The notes beneath the pieces are model-generated. The model ran no database searches. It had not been told where the DNA came from and saw only the letters and a list, made by a program, of their open reading frames with translations. The position numbers and the translations under genes were made by a program. Shown here piece by piece: positions 50,531-63,002 of a stretch of 64,000 bases of DNA. The stretch is from Hemiscyllium ocellatum (Eukaryota). The stretch lies in contig NC_083403.1 of NCBI RefSeq assembly GCF_020745735.1, positions 116,268,526 to 116,332,525 of the forward strand, given 5' to 3'. Position 1 is the first letter of the stretch; each line of letters opens with the position of its first letter.

Positions 50531-50819
50531 ATAAGTATAGTTTGAACTTCTGAAAATCACAATTAGTGCTAAACTTGTTCATTTTGAATAAATGGAAAGT
50601 AATGAAGAAACTCAGCAGGTCTGGCAGCATCTGTGGAGAGAAAGCAGAGTAATCTTTTTGAATCCAGTGACCCTTAACATTCTGGGAAGATAAAGCTCTT
50701 AATGTACCAAATGATAACTTGTGGACTAAATTAAAACAAAATATGATAGAGTTTTACATATACTTTAGTTCCAACAGATATATTGTCAGAGAAATGGCAA
50801 GATTCAATAATCTCAGTGA

Positions 50820-52450
50820 TTGAGACATTGATTTGGGCATTTCTAACAGATTTTAAAATTTTGGAGAATGTTGCAGGTACTGAGCTTTGAGGGATGAATT
50901 AATTTGAGACTATATGGTAGTCAGTATGTGGGATGGGAAATTATCCAAATAGAACAGACATTGGAATAGGCAATCCAATTTGCTAAGCAGAGATCAGAGC
51001 CCAAAAGCCATTCAGTTCTGCTGGGAAACATCAAGAATTCTTTTGACATGGTCAGAAGGGTAAATCCAAGATCACAATATCAACTTCTGAAAAATTGCCA
51101 AACAGCAACAAAGTGGGAATCAACATCATTAATCAATCGTAATGGGTTTTACTTGACATCGCTCCAAACAGAATTACAAACACAACAATCACCCAGCAGA
51201 GGGAGCTGAATGCTGTAGCTGTGGTCAACTGGGACATGTTAAAAAATACAGTGAGCATTTTGATCATCCACAGAAACAAATCAGAAATGCAAGAGAAATG
51301 GTGACCATGCAACAAGGACAACATTCAAAAAATTAAAGATGAAGAACAAGAAGTTAAACAACAGTTCCAGGCAAGATGAAAGAGTCAACACCGACTTTGG
51401 TTCATCAATTTTAAAGGACAAGGGTTTGAAAAAGATGTTTGGACAGATCCAGGAAAATTGTTCGTTCTCTGTGGCCAAGCTTAAATCTTAATGACACGTG
51501 ATCAAAAGCAGGGTCACATCATTAATGACAGAACCAACACAATGGTGTTTAGGCTAGCAATTGTTCCCAAGACAAATGAAGAAACAAGATTGTGTGGATC
51601 TCACTCAGTAAAGCAAATAAGGCAAAAAGAAATTAACAATTTTGTTAGTTAACGATAGTCCAGCCAAACTGACAACAAGCTAGCTTTGCACAAAATTGGA
51701 TGCAAACAGTGTGTTCTGGTAGATTTCCCTCCATCAAGAGTCATGATTTCTGACTCTATTCAAAAATTTTGGAAGTGAAGTGAGGAACAATTTGCCATAT
51801 AAATGACATCCCAATGTCATTTTGTAAAATAAAAAAGGAACCTGCCTGAGGGGAAGTATTAAGAGCACCACAGAATGCAGGCTTCCCAAAAAATTGAGAA
51901 ATGTTAATCACATTTCCAGGCCACATTGTCCAAGACCAAGACATCACAGCAAATCAGAAGAAGACAAGCACCATTAGTGAATCTTCAGCACTGAAATGCA
52001 TGAATTATATTCAGTACTTTTTAGGAATGGTAAGTCAAATGAAAAAGGTTATCTTTAACTTAGCCAGTCACCCTGAATCAATAGAGAGCTTTAGAAAAGA
52101 AGACCAACAATGAGACCAACAGGAGTCAGAAAGGGGAGGCAGCTTTTCAGAAAATTAAAATAAAGTTACTCTCCACTGATGCTCTTACTCATTACAATGC
52201 AGATTTATTTACTATGGTAGTTATGAGTGTATCATCCAGAGGATGAGAAATTGTATCTGAATATGAACTATCTGATAGAACAAGAAGACCTGACCTGTAC
52301 TTTAAAGTTGAGAGCTTCAACAGATACTGAACAGACTGATGTAACAATAGGAAATAAAGTACTAATTGTAACAGACTGAGAAATTTCAGGTTGAGTTGGA
52401 TCATAAACTTTGAGTAATGATATTAAGATCACAGGAGATCACGAAGGAGT
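50820..52450 (+). mobile_element. Decayed Ty3/Gypsy gag-pol remnant
   Basis: MVVSMWDGKLS..TLE*AIQFAKQ (gag), IVPKTNEETRL/CVDLTQ, KLDANSVFW*ISLHQES (RT), ITFPGHIV..FLGMVSQM..NLA, then ALTHYNADL (RT/RNase H linker). Confidence 0.8.
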
Positions 52451-52884
52451 GATTGCACATACAAAGATTCTGGCTTGGATTTATGAAATGGGACTTGTAA
52501 TATTCTGTACTCCAGAGAAGGCACACAAAAGGATTAATAAAACCATAAGAAACCAGAACAAGACTGGTCCCCCAAGGAGAAAGCTTGACAGATCAAGCTC
52601 CAGCCAGGTAGTTAAGGGCAGAACACATTGCCAATCTCCAAGGAAAATCCTAGCAGGGGGTTTGCTCTGGTTTCCCAGCCAGAAAGTGGACTAACTCACC
52701 CAGTGCTTAATCACTGAGCTGTCAAGAATGTACCTTATGCATCTTCAGGGCCAACTTGCCAAATCATTTGCCCTTCTTACCATCTTCTTTGCCATATCCA
52801 TGAGGGAGGATTTGAGAAGATTGTGTCTGTGCTGGCTCCTTTTTGAAGGAGTCTTCCAATCGTCTCACCTGATTGCCCTTCGAA

Positions 52885-53240
52885 TTCCTAGTTTTTGTTA
52901 CTCATTGATAGGCTGAGGGCATCACTGGTGAGGCCAGCATTTATTGCCAGTCCCAGAGAGCAGTTACAAGACAAATATATTGCTGTGGATCTGGAGCCAC
53001 ACATAATCCAGACCAGGTAAGGACAACAGTTTCCTTCCTGAACAACATTAGTGAACCAGATGGATTTTTTCCGACAAGTGACAATCATGGTCATCATAAA
53101 ATCTTAATTCCAATTTTTTTGTTTGCATTGCATTCAATTTACATCATCTGCTATGGTGGTATTCAAATCCCAGTTTCAAGAACATTCCTAGTTCTCTGGA
53201 TTAACAGTCCAGTGATAATACCGCCAGGCCATTGCATCCC
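52885..53240 (-). mobile_element. tRNA SINE with second-family CR1 tail
   Basis: Reverse complement of the 59572-59925 family (ctctggattaacagtccagtgataataccg). Confidence 0.75.
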
Positions 53241-54579
53241 CTTTTAAAATTTGATAATTAGTATGAAGTCCACTTCGAACACCATTTCAGGCAGTACAGT
53301 CTAGATCATTATCACAATTTCTCCCTTTTCATTTCCTCTCTTGTTCTTTAGCCAATTACCTGAAGTCCTGATCTGATTACTGGCACTTCTAATGCAGGAC
53401 CAACACATCCTTATTTTGCTATCTAAATATTTAATGGTTTTGAATAGCTCTAACAAATCCACAACCTTTTAAGGAAACAATCCCAGTTTCTTTAGGCTAC
53501 CCAACTAAGTGAAGTTTTTTATCTCTGTACCCATTCCCAATGATCTCCTATATAACTTCCCTCAACCTTTGACATCCATTCAAAAGCATGCTACATAGAA
53601 TTGAATGCAGTACTCCAACTGGAGTTTAAGCAACATTTCCTAAGTGTTCAGCATATTTCATGCTTTGGTACTTTATACTTCTTTTCTTATCATTTTTTGA
53701 ACAGATTTCATAACTTGTTTTGACACATTCAAAGACTTGTGCGCATACGTCCTATTACTGTATGCCTTTTGCTATCATGTTATTCAGCTTATTTTGGTCT
53801 TTCCTCATCCTTCCTTACAAAAATCACCACAATTACCTACACAAATTACTGGTCTATCAATAACTCCTGAAGTTTATTTCTTTCCTCCTCAGTGCTTTCT
53901 AAATTTCTGAGTTCTATATCGTTACAAACTTTGACATTGTTGCCTTGCCAATCCAATAATTCATTATTAAAATATAGCAAAAAAAGAGCAGCCGTCCAAA
54001 TTTTGACCTCTAGAAGATGTCATGGTGTACTTTCATCCAATCCAAAAACACAATGAGGGACAAGAGATTTGGTTCATGGAACATTGACCCCAAAGTTCAC
54101 TGAAGGAAGAGGGAGCTGTTCTGTTGAAACTGCACCATTTAAAATGGGCTGGGACCGATGTCCAGCTGAATTGAGTAGCTGGGGCTGGAGGTACACCTGA
54201 GACATGATAAGGAGCTAGGAGCATCAACTGAACAATGAGCAGTCAGATAATCAGGTATATCCAATGTGTACCTACCATCTGCAACCGAGATTTTGTGTTT
54301 AGTTCTTGGGAATGGGAAATGAGCACTACCTAGATCTACCGCTAAACCATAGCTAACACTACGTTCTTGAATTGAACATTGTTATTGCATTTTTAAATAT
54401 ATTTTTATTTAAGAAACTGATTTTTTAAATATTACAACAAATACAAAACAATGCAATTCAAAACAACACAAAAAAACACCAAAAAATGTTAAAATCCCAA
54501 ACTGCCCTCTTGTACAAATATGTATATAAAAAAGATTTTAAAAAGCCCCAACTATTTAAGTAAGTGGATAACAAATAAT

Positions 54580-54832
54580 GGCACGGTGGCTCAGTGGTTA
54601 GCACTGCTGCCTCATAGCACCAGGATCCCAGGTTTGATTCCAGCCTTAGATGACTGTTTGTGTGGAGTTTGCACATTGTCTGTGTGGGTTTCCTCCCACA
54701 GTCCAAAGATGTGCAGGTCAGGTGGATTGGCCATGCTAAATTGCCCATTGCATTAGTCAGAGGGAAGTGGGTCTTGGGTGGGTTACTCTTTAGAGGGTAG
54801 GGTTGGGCTGAAGGGCCTGTTTCCACACTAGT
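54580..54832 (+). mobile_element. HE1-type SINE inserted in the L1 3' UTR
   Basis: A/B boxes and V-domain; AATAAT direct repeats at 54574-54579 and 54833-54838. Confidence 0.9.
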
Positions 54833-55034
54833 AATAATACAGCTCAGTTAAACAAAACACTAACTCCCACCTATTCATATGTTTACAGTTCCCCCTCTCT
54901 GGATATTGGACTCATAAAACACAATTGTTACAGCTAATTAAAAACCCTCATTAGTGTGGCAGACAAATCTGTGTTCAGGCATTCCAAAAAGGGCCACCAT
55001 GTCTTATAGATATTAGGGGATATGCTTACGGATA

Positions 55035-55797
55035 AAAGGGATCCATTCACTAGTGCCTCGGGCCCACTATAGTATCCTTAATCTTAACCAACAGGTACAT
55101 GGAGCTGATAAAATTGGTAATATTACCAATTTTACAAGATGCCACCAAGTCCAAGGTTGCCACGGGGGTCAGAAAACAAAATCTATCCTGGTGTGATATC
55201 TGTGCAGATTGGAAAAAAGCATAAAATCCCTGCCTATATGGCAGAGACACCTCCAGACGTCCACCAACCCTAACTCCATACACACATCCACTAATTGTTT
55301 AGTTTGTACAGACAGTATCGGTGAGCCTTTGGGCAACCTGTCTACCATGGGATCCATTAGACAATTAAAATCTCCCCATATAATAATATACCAGAACTTG
55401 AGACTGATCAATTTAAAGAATGCATCGACCAGAAATTTGAGGGAATGGGTCAGATGGCAATAAACATTTAAAACGTTATATTCTTCACCATTTATCAGGG
55501 CTTTGAGGATTACAAACTTCCTATGTCTGTCTTTAACACACTTCAGTAACTTAAATGGGAGATTCCTCCTGACCAATATAGCCACTCCCCTACTTCTGGT
55601 ATTAACAGATGAAAAGCAAACCCAATCAAAACCATTCTGCTGTAGTTTCAAATGCTCCCTATCATTCAAGTGTGTATTCTGTAATAAAGCAATATCCACC
55701 TTTTCCTTTCTAAGACTCAAGAGTACCTTTTTCCTCTTAATTGATGATGGCTCCCCTTGATATTCCAGGGACACCATTTAATCAAGTCACTAGCCAT
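55035..55797 (-). pseudogene. L1 ORF2 APE endonuclease remnant
   Basis: IKRKKVLLSLRKEKVDIALLQNTHL, SRGVAIL, NVY, IIWGDFN, LVDVWR, TRIDF. The catalytic SDH motif is destroyed. Confidence 0.9.
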
Positions 55798-56412
55798 AAC
55801 TTTCTGCAGTAACATTTAAATTCCAGTGATGAGGAACTTGAATTACAAATCACCGAGCCTTAGTGTTGCAAGATTCATCAAACATACAAACTAGATAAAA
55901 CTAAACCCATTACAGTTAACAAACCTACAAGGCGATCAATGATTACATACAACAAAAGCCAAAAGAAAAAACAACATATAAAGCGCCAGTGGCACTGAAT
56001 AGGGGAACTCACCCCCTGACCTACACATCTATACCCAACTTCTCAGCCCACTGACAATCCTGCAGCCGGGGCATTTAAATACCTGAGCAGGGCATGAACT
56101 GTCCGTAAGTAGGCATCTAGCCATCCCAATCACATTCCCTCCTCCTAGCTGGAGCCGCACCACAAACACAAGCAGAAAAGGAAGAAAATACACTATGAAA
56201 TAACAATGTGAACAAAGAAATTTTGAAAAAAAAGATAGGTACCCCACCCATCCTTTAGTGCAACTTAACTCAGAAATTGAAAGTACACATCCCAACCACC
56301 CCTGAGGATAGATTAGACCAGATTATTACCAATAAAAAAGGAAAAGAAAGCCCCGACTGAACTTTCTCTTTTTTTTAAAAAAGACAAACAGAGACATACT
56401 CAAACAACACCA

Positions 56413-56980
56413 CTATTTGCACATACTAAATTGTTCAGATGAAATTAATTTGTCCACAAAGTTTCTTGCCTTCTCCGACGTGTCAAAGAGATGTACTGAT
56501 TCATCTAAGGTGAACCGGAGCATCGCCGAATACCTCAGAAAGTACTGGATCCCAAGCTCCCTCAATTTTCTCTTGACACCTTCATAGGAATTTCTTTTCC
56601 AGATCACTGCCGCGGAGAAGTCCTGGAAGAACATGATCTTAGAGTCCTCGTAAACTAGGGCCTTCAGATCTTTCCTCTGGATTCTGGAAGCTTCCACAAT
56701 TCTCTCCTTATCTCTATAGTGATGAAACCGCATCAAGATAAGACGAGGACGTTTTTCCAGACCTGACCTCCGTGCTGTGACCCAGTGAGTTCTCTCAACC
56801 TTCAAACTTCTCATTCCAGCCTCCAGGTTACAGAATTTCGGCAATAAATTCCACTGGCCACTCACTTTCTTTACCCTTCGGCAGACCGACGATCTGGATA
56901 CTTTTTCTCCTGTCCCTGTTCTTGAGGTCATCAACCTGGTCAAGCAAATTACGGACCTGTGTCTCCAGGACCTCAACCTG
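56413..56980 (-). pseudogene. L1 ORF1p remnant (end of coiled coil, RRM, CTD)
   Basis: VEVLETQVRNLLDQVDDLKNRDRRKSIQIVGLP (alternate frame), then KVERTH..RPRLILMRFHHYRDKERI..KIMFFQDFSAAV..KRKLRELGIQYFLRYSAML. Confidence 0.88.
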
Positions 56981-58799
56981 CTTGCAATGCGGTGAGGAGC
57001 ACTGCAATGTGATCTTCCTAGATCGCCGCTATCTTGGATCCCCGTTATTGGATTTCTTTAATATTGAAGTTTATCTAAAGTGGATCCTATTTAGATGAAT
57101 GCAAAAAGAGTCTGTCCATTTGGTTAAGCTATAACTAGTCATTTGGAGAACCATGCCTTCTCCCGCTGCCTTTCTTGATCAAATTTGGGTCAAGTCTTCA
57201 GATTTGAAAACTAGGTTTTAACATGTAGCTCAGCACAATTCAGGACAAAACAGACATCACCTTCAGGGTTAATCCCCTCCTCCATTATTATCTACAAAAT
57301 ACATTGCTGCAACAAACCACGGCTCCTTCAAATCCAGGACCCCTACCATCTAGAACAAAAGCAGTAGACAATGTAAAGACCACCAACTGCTAGTTCCCTT
57401 CTAGATCAGGCATCACCTTGACCTGGAAATATGTCACAGTCCTGGAACTCCCTTTCTAAAGTGCTGTGGGTGTATCTATACTAGTTGGCATTCTATACAG
57501 AATAAGCAGAGTTGTCACCATCTCCTCATGAGCAATCAGGAATCAGCAATAAAAGCAGGCTTTACCACTTCCCCTGAATAAATTAAAAAAATGATTGTGC
57601 CTTCAGCTTAGACTTGAAGACCAAATTCAAAGAGACAGAGCTCTTAAATCATCTGATTGATTGAGCAATTTAGGGAAGTTAAAATCCTATTAATTCACTG
57701 CAAGCCTTAATGCACTTGTTCAGGCTCTTATGCCAGAGAAGCATTAATCACTGAGCTATGAGTAAAATATTGAACTTGTTCTTATTTAGAATCTTTCAGT
57801 TTTACTGGTATTCACTTTGCATTGATCATTCAAATTTGTCAAATTTCTACACTTTGACAATTGTATTCATTTTCTGGGATTCAATTGTGTGTAAGGGCTG
57901 TGTTTTAAAAGAAAACTAATTTGCAGACAATGATTGCTTGTGGAATTCATAAATGCTTCGTGAGGCCCAATTGTATTAGGCTAGACTCATTAGTCAGGTT
58001 GCTCATCATTCATCTTCGAGCAAGTAGATCTCCATTTTAAGTTTACACCTGAAAAGGGGAGCAAAGTGAGCTAGTTTCCAAGTGCTGGCAAGGTAGATGT
58101 CTGTGCTTAAGACTTCCTTGGCCACAGACAAAGGGATGCATGGGCTTTTAAGGAGGTAAAAGCAAAACATTACAAGATCCAGGACTATGTACTGAGGAGC
58201 ATTTTGAAGCTTAATGCAGCCACAGCAAAGGTTTAATAGTGAAAGACCACAGTTTGGGGCCCCTCTCATCATCGTACAATTAAGGGTCAGGATCTGGGCT
58301 GTGTTTACAATAATGTAACCATTCATCTGTTTTCACCATTTGAAGCAGTAATGTCTGAATTTTACGACAACTTTTTTTGCAAAATTAAAGAACAAAGTTT
58401 TGAATATATTCCAAATAGAAAAAGTAGCAAAATATTTAAATTAAAACGAGACAATTGGAAACGTTCATCCAGCAACATCTGTGGAGTTGCAGGTTGATAG
58501 GCTTTTTATTACAATCTTTCAGGTTTTGAAGAGAGCCTTATCTGAAACATTGCCTTTGACCTGCATCTGGAGGAGAAAACTTAAAAAGAAGCCAGTTTTT
58601 TTTTCACAATGAATATGAAAGAAACCTTGGTACAGTATCCAGGGATAAGTGAAATCCCTACAATGAGAATGCCGAGGTCTGAGGCTCCCTGGACATAGTG
58701 CCACAGAGTTTATCTAGTTAGAAGCAGTACAGTTTAATAAACAATGAAAAGTGGTGAAAATGTTGTGATGCCACCCCCCCCCTCCCACCACCACCCTCT

Positions 58800-59070
58800 C
58801 CATCACCTTCCCAGTTCACAGTTGAGGTTGCTATCAGGAGCCTGAGGGTCTGGAGGTCTTCAAGGAGTATGTTGGCAAAACCCAAAGTAAGGCTCAGCAA
58901 GGAGTCCAGGATTGAGACTACCGCAACAGGGGTTTGGGTAAGACAATTGAGGAGAGGTGGAGACAAGATGGTGCCAAAGAGTAACTGAGGAGATGGTAGA
59001 GGGTGGGAAAGCTGCAGTTGAGCACTGATCAGATGTGTAGGTTGGGAGCTCTGATTGATGCTGTACATGG
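58800..59070 (-). mobile_element. Probable L2 LINE ORF2 linker fragment
   Basis: ORF 58718-59140 contains PQLLFGTI..LLN and FANILLEDLQTLR, resembling the L2 EN-RT linker (LFST..LL; F..FF..KI..IR). Confidence 0.45.
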
Positions 59071-59571
59071 TTTTCTGTAATGCATATACCTCAGAAAGAT
59101 GGGTTCTTGTTGAGACAGTTACCTTCAAGTTTACTTCCAAAAATAAGTGATCTTGATGTTTACTTTGATTTATTTATTGTCACGTGGTTTGGTACAAACT
59201 ACAGTGAAAAGAGTTGTGTGCTCTCCAGTGCCATCTTGAAACACAGAAAAGTAAATCAAACACTGAATATAAAGGTAGAAAATAAAGAAAAGGTATCTAA
59301 CTTTACAGTCCTCCTTGTTAAGTGCCCTGCCATGGGCCCGGTTTCCAGGCAGGAGTCTCAACTGCCACATCACCGTCGCTGGAACAAAAGTTACCACTCT
59401 TCCGCACCATTTTGCCTCCACCAATACAGTCACCATTATGAGTCCTTGATGGACCTCACCAGTGCAGATGCCACCATTGCTGCTGGGTACTGCACCAGCC
59501 CAAACTTGGCTTCGCTGCTGTCACTGCCATGAGTTTGTTTCAGGCTCACTCCACTTATTGATTACTTCAGG

Positions 59572-59925
59572 GGGGACAATGCCCTAGTGGTATTATCACT
59601 GGATTGTTAATTCAAGGACCTAGGTATTGTTCTGAGGACGTGGGTTCAAATCCTGTCATGGTGGAATTTAAATTTTAAAAATACACCTGGAATTAAGAGC
59701 CTAAATGATGAACATAAATCCATTGTTGATTATCAGAAAAACCAATCTGGTTCATTAATGCCCGTTTGGGAAGAAAACTGTCATCCTTATGTGGTCTAGA
59801 CTACATGTGACTTCAGACCCATGACAGTGTGTTAACTCTTAACTGCTCTCTGGGCAATTAGGGATGGGCACTAAATGCAGGCCTAGCCAACAATGCCCAC
59901 ATACCATGAATGAATTTTTAAAAAA
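59572..59925 (+). mobile_element. tRNA SINE with second-family CR1 tail
   Basis: tagtggtattatcactggattgttaattc, B box gggttcaaatcc, tail gggcaattagggatgggcactaaatgc..cccacataccatgaatgaa. Confidence 0.8.
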
Positions 59926-59984
59926 ACAAATGAACCCTGGGCTCACAACGCCTACTCCGCTGCTATTTTACTGGAAATAGTCAT

Positions 59985-60890
59985 AAGATTACAATATCAC
60001 AGACATACACACATAGTCAGGGTTCTGTGCTTACTGAGGCTACTGCACATTATGCATACATAACTAACTGATTATACTAACTGCATTGCAGAGAGACAGA
60101 GACTGAAGCTGAGGTGAGTACCAAACATCATGTGATGTGATGTCATGCAACTATCTTAAAGGTACAGAAATGTCTGATCTGGAATTCATACTGGAATATA
60201 ACATTCCCCCTTTTCCCTTGAAAGACTGGAACCCTTTACCAGTAACATGTACAAGGATAAAAGCAGATATTGTATTTCTCCCTTATATGGCACAACCCCC
60301 AGATCTGGTCCTTAGATCATTTCTATGGCTTGGGGTGTAGCTTCTTTCTGGTGAGACTTTAAGTTTCTTGTAAACCTGCTCTTTTCAATGAGAGACTGCA
60401 AGGGATGGAAATGTCTTGGCCAACGTCCAAGGAACAATTTTTAAGTAGGATTTATAGAAAGGAATTCTGATTTTTGGTCAGAATGGTCATTTTTATACCT
60501 ACATTGGATGACTGAAATTTATTTTGTGCATGTTATTTGTAGTTTGTAATGAAGTTTCACACTTGGCCCTTTTTTGGGGAACCACCTTGCTTTCTCAAAA
60601 GAAGTTGCTGAGTTCTGTTTGCTGCAAATTCGGTGGTACTTTTTTGAATAGGGTCCATTGAAATTCTGTTTGCTGAGGAAATCATGGTAAACCATGTCAC
60701 AAATTCTGCTTCATATACCTCCAACTCATTTGAATGACAAGGTAATGACAAAATAAAAGCCAAACAGAGTGATGAATTGGAGGTATCCAGTGAAAAATCA
60801 ATGCCAAATCATTGTTTCCTGTCTTCCCAAAGGCCTGAGGCCTGTAACAGCCTGAAAATAATGGATCCTGTGTAGGTTAATCTCCGTGTG
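59985..60890 (-). mobile_element. Gypsy remnant: pol fragments, polypurine tract and start of the 3' LTR
   Basis: Minus strand GGGAAAAGGGGGAA|TGTTATA (PPT 60217-60204, LTR begins at 60203), preceded by the LRTRSG motif and RNase H/integrase linker-like peptides (ORF 60557-60763). Confidence 0.65.
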
Positions 60891-61502
60891 CAAGGTCACA
60901 ATAACACAAATGTAAAATAACACATCTGGATATAAATAGCAAGAATATGACTTCAAGTAGGCGGTTTAATTGAATTTAGTGAAAATGGCTGCTGTACATA
61001 CTCAGCTGTCTCATTTATATTTTTAGCATCCAGTGAACACGTGGATTCAATAGGGATTTACATATTCATCTGAGATTTTATTCACTAGGAAAAATGTCCA
61101 AGGAATTAAAACGTTGCACAACAATAATTAGTTGAAATTAGCCCCCACAAATCTACATTATTTTACTGATATCTTAAAGCAATGTGAAATCAATTTCTAT
61201 TTTGCATTTTTTTCAGTTCTCAGTCCTATTATCCCATACAAAATATGTTCCTCATCATTACTGTACAATCAAGCAGGAAGCAAAAATCCAGAGGAGATTT
61301 TGCGAATGATCATGACAGCTCTTGAATTGTGATGCACTGACAATAATATCTATTTAGAAATAATTAAAATACCCATGTAGCTTAAGGTGCTGACTCCACT
61401 CAGTAAATTTTAGATCGTTCAGTTTTTCATTTGCACAGTTGTTCAATGAGATAGTTGGAAAATGTGTTGTTATGAAGTGGCTTTCCTTAGGAAGTGTTAT
61501 GA

Positions 61503-61781
61503 AGGGCAGCAAGGCGGTTCAGTGCTTAGTACTGCTACCTCACAATCCCAGTGACCTGGGTTCAATTCCAATCATAGATGACTTGTAGAGTTTGCATGTT
61601 CTCCCTGGGTCTATGTGGATTTCCTTTGAGTGCTCCACAGGTTGGATAGATTAGCCATGCTAAATTGTGCAGGCTTGGTGGATTAGCTGTGGGAAATGCA
61701 GGGGTCTGGGTGAGATTCTTTTTGAAGGGTTAGTGTGGCATTACTGGGCCAAATGGCTTTCTTCCACATTGTAGGGTTTCT
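61503..61781 (+). mobile_element. HE1-type SINE, older copy
   Basis: Degenerate A/B boxes, V-domain and tail. Confidence 0.8.
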
Positions 61782-62831
61782 TTGTTGACCTGTGTACTGT
61801 TGTGCTTTGTATTTTGGGATATAAAACTAGAAGCAACAGTGAGATTGGATTTGAAACAGGTTGAGAACAGGACTCATATTTGAGCATTAGAAATCAAATG
61901 AAAGGCAGTACACAATGAAAGTTCTGGGACCTAAAATCTCAGAAGAGTTTAATTAGCATCAAGTTACTATACTCTCTAGTGTACCACTAAATTAAATAAG
62001 TCTCTTTAAGAATATTCCACCTATTTGATTGTTATCTGTCTGTGCCTGGATTTCACACTGATTTACCACATTAATTAAGAAATAAGCTTTTGGAATCAGC
62101 AAGGCTGCCCCAAAAACAGAAGCCTCTGAGATCACAATTTAACTGACAATAATCCAGATGTAATTCATCAACTGATGCAAAGGATTAACATTGACTGACA
62201 TAGTATAATTGAAGAAATAATTTGTAATAAACTTCATAATCCATTTCATTGTCCTTTTTTTCTAAATTTGTACTTCAATTTAAAGGCAACTAACTGAAGT
62301 TTCCTTTTTCAGGTCTGCTCACCAACCCTGGGGCTCCTTGTCTTAGAGCCCTGAAACCAGTCCCACAACTTATCTACCGATATCTGTAGCGTTAGATTTT
62401 ATGATGTAGACCTCAAATAGATTGAAACTGTTCTTTGTTGTGATTATAGTCTCAGTCCCAATTCATGCTGAAAGTGTCCCTCCTACAACATAACGGGTTA
62501 ATGAATATAAAATGTCTTCTTAAAATATCATCGATCTGCACTTTGGATGATGTTTGGTGAGACCAACATTGAAAATGTAGACAAAACAAGCAGGTCTCTG
62601 TAATGTTGTCCACAGTCAGCAAATATACATACTGTTTAATGACAACAGTGCCTTAAAGAAAATTTTGGGATGTATATGGCACAATTTTAAAAAAAAAGGT
62701 CCTACCATTTTAAGGCCACAAAGTATTTGAAAACACACCAGAAATCTCAAATGTGCATTTGAACTATACCAAAGTGAAATGGGCTCATAACAAATGGAGT
62801 GGGCTTACTATTACAATAGTAACACTTACTG

Positions 62832-62998
62832 AGAGAAAGTGAGAACTGCAAATGTTGGAGTATCAGAGTCAAAACGTGTGACACTGTAAAAGCACAGCAG
62901 CACATTCCTGATGAAGGGTTTATGCCCAAAATGTCGACTCTCCATCTCCTCAGATGCTGCCTGACCTGCTGTGCTTTTCCAGCACCGCACTTTTCAAC
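62832..62998. mobile_element. Penelope-derived fold-back element
   Basis: Same family as 9293-9513. CTGATGA at 62908, with GAAA decayed to AAAA. Confidence 0.78.
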
Positions 62999-63002
62999 AT
63001 AG

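Larger units (their letters stand above)
54390..57043 (-). mobile_element. L1-clade LINE with both termini but internal deletions
   Basis: On minus: 5' GGGGATCCAAGATAGCGGCG (YY1-like), ORF1 C-terminal part, inter-ORF spacer, APE endonuclease, ORF2 extreme C-terminus (HIP..YKTWWPFLECLNTDL), A-rich tail. TSD-like GTTATTG(C/G)ATTT at 54381-54392 and 57044-57055. Confidence 0.9.
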
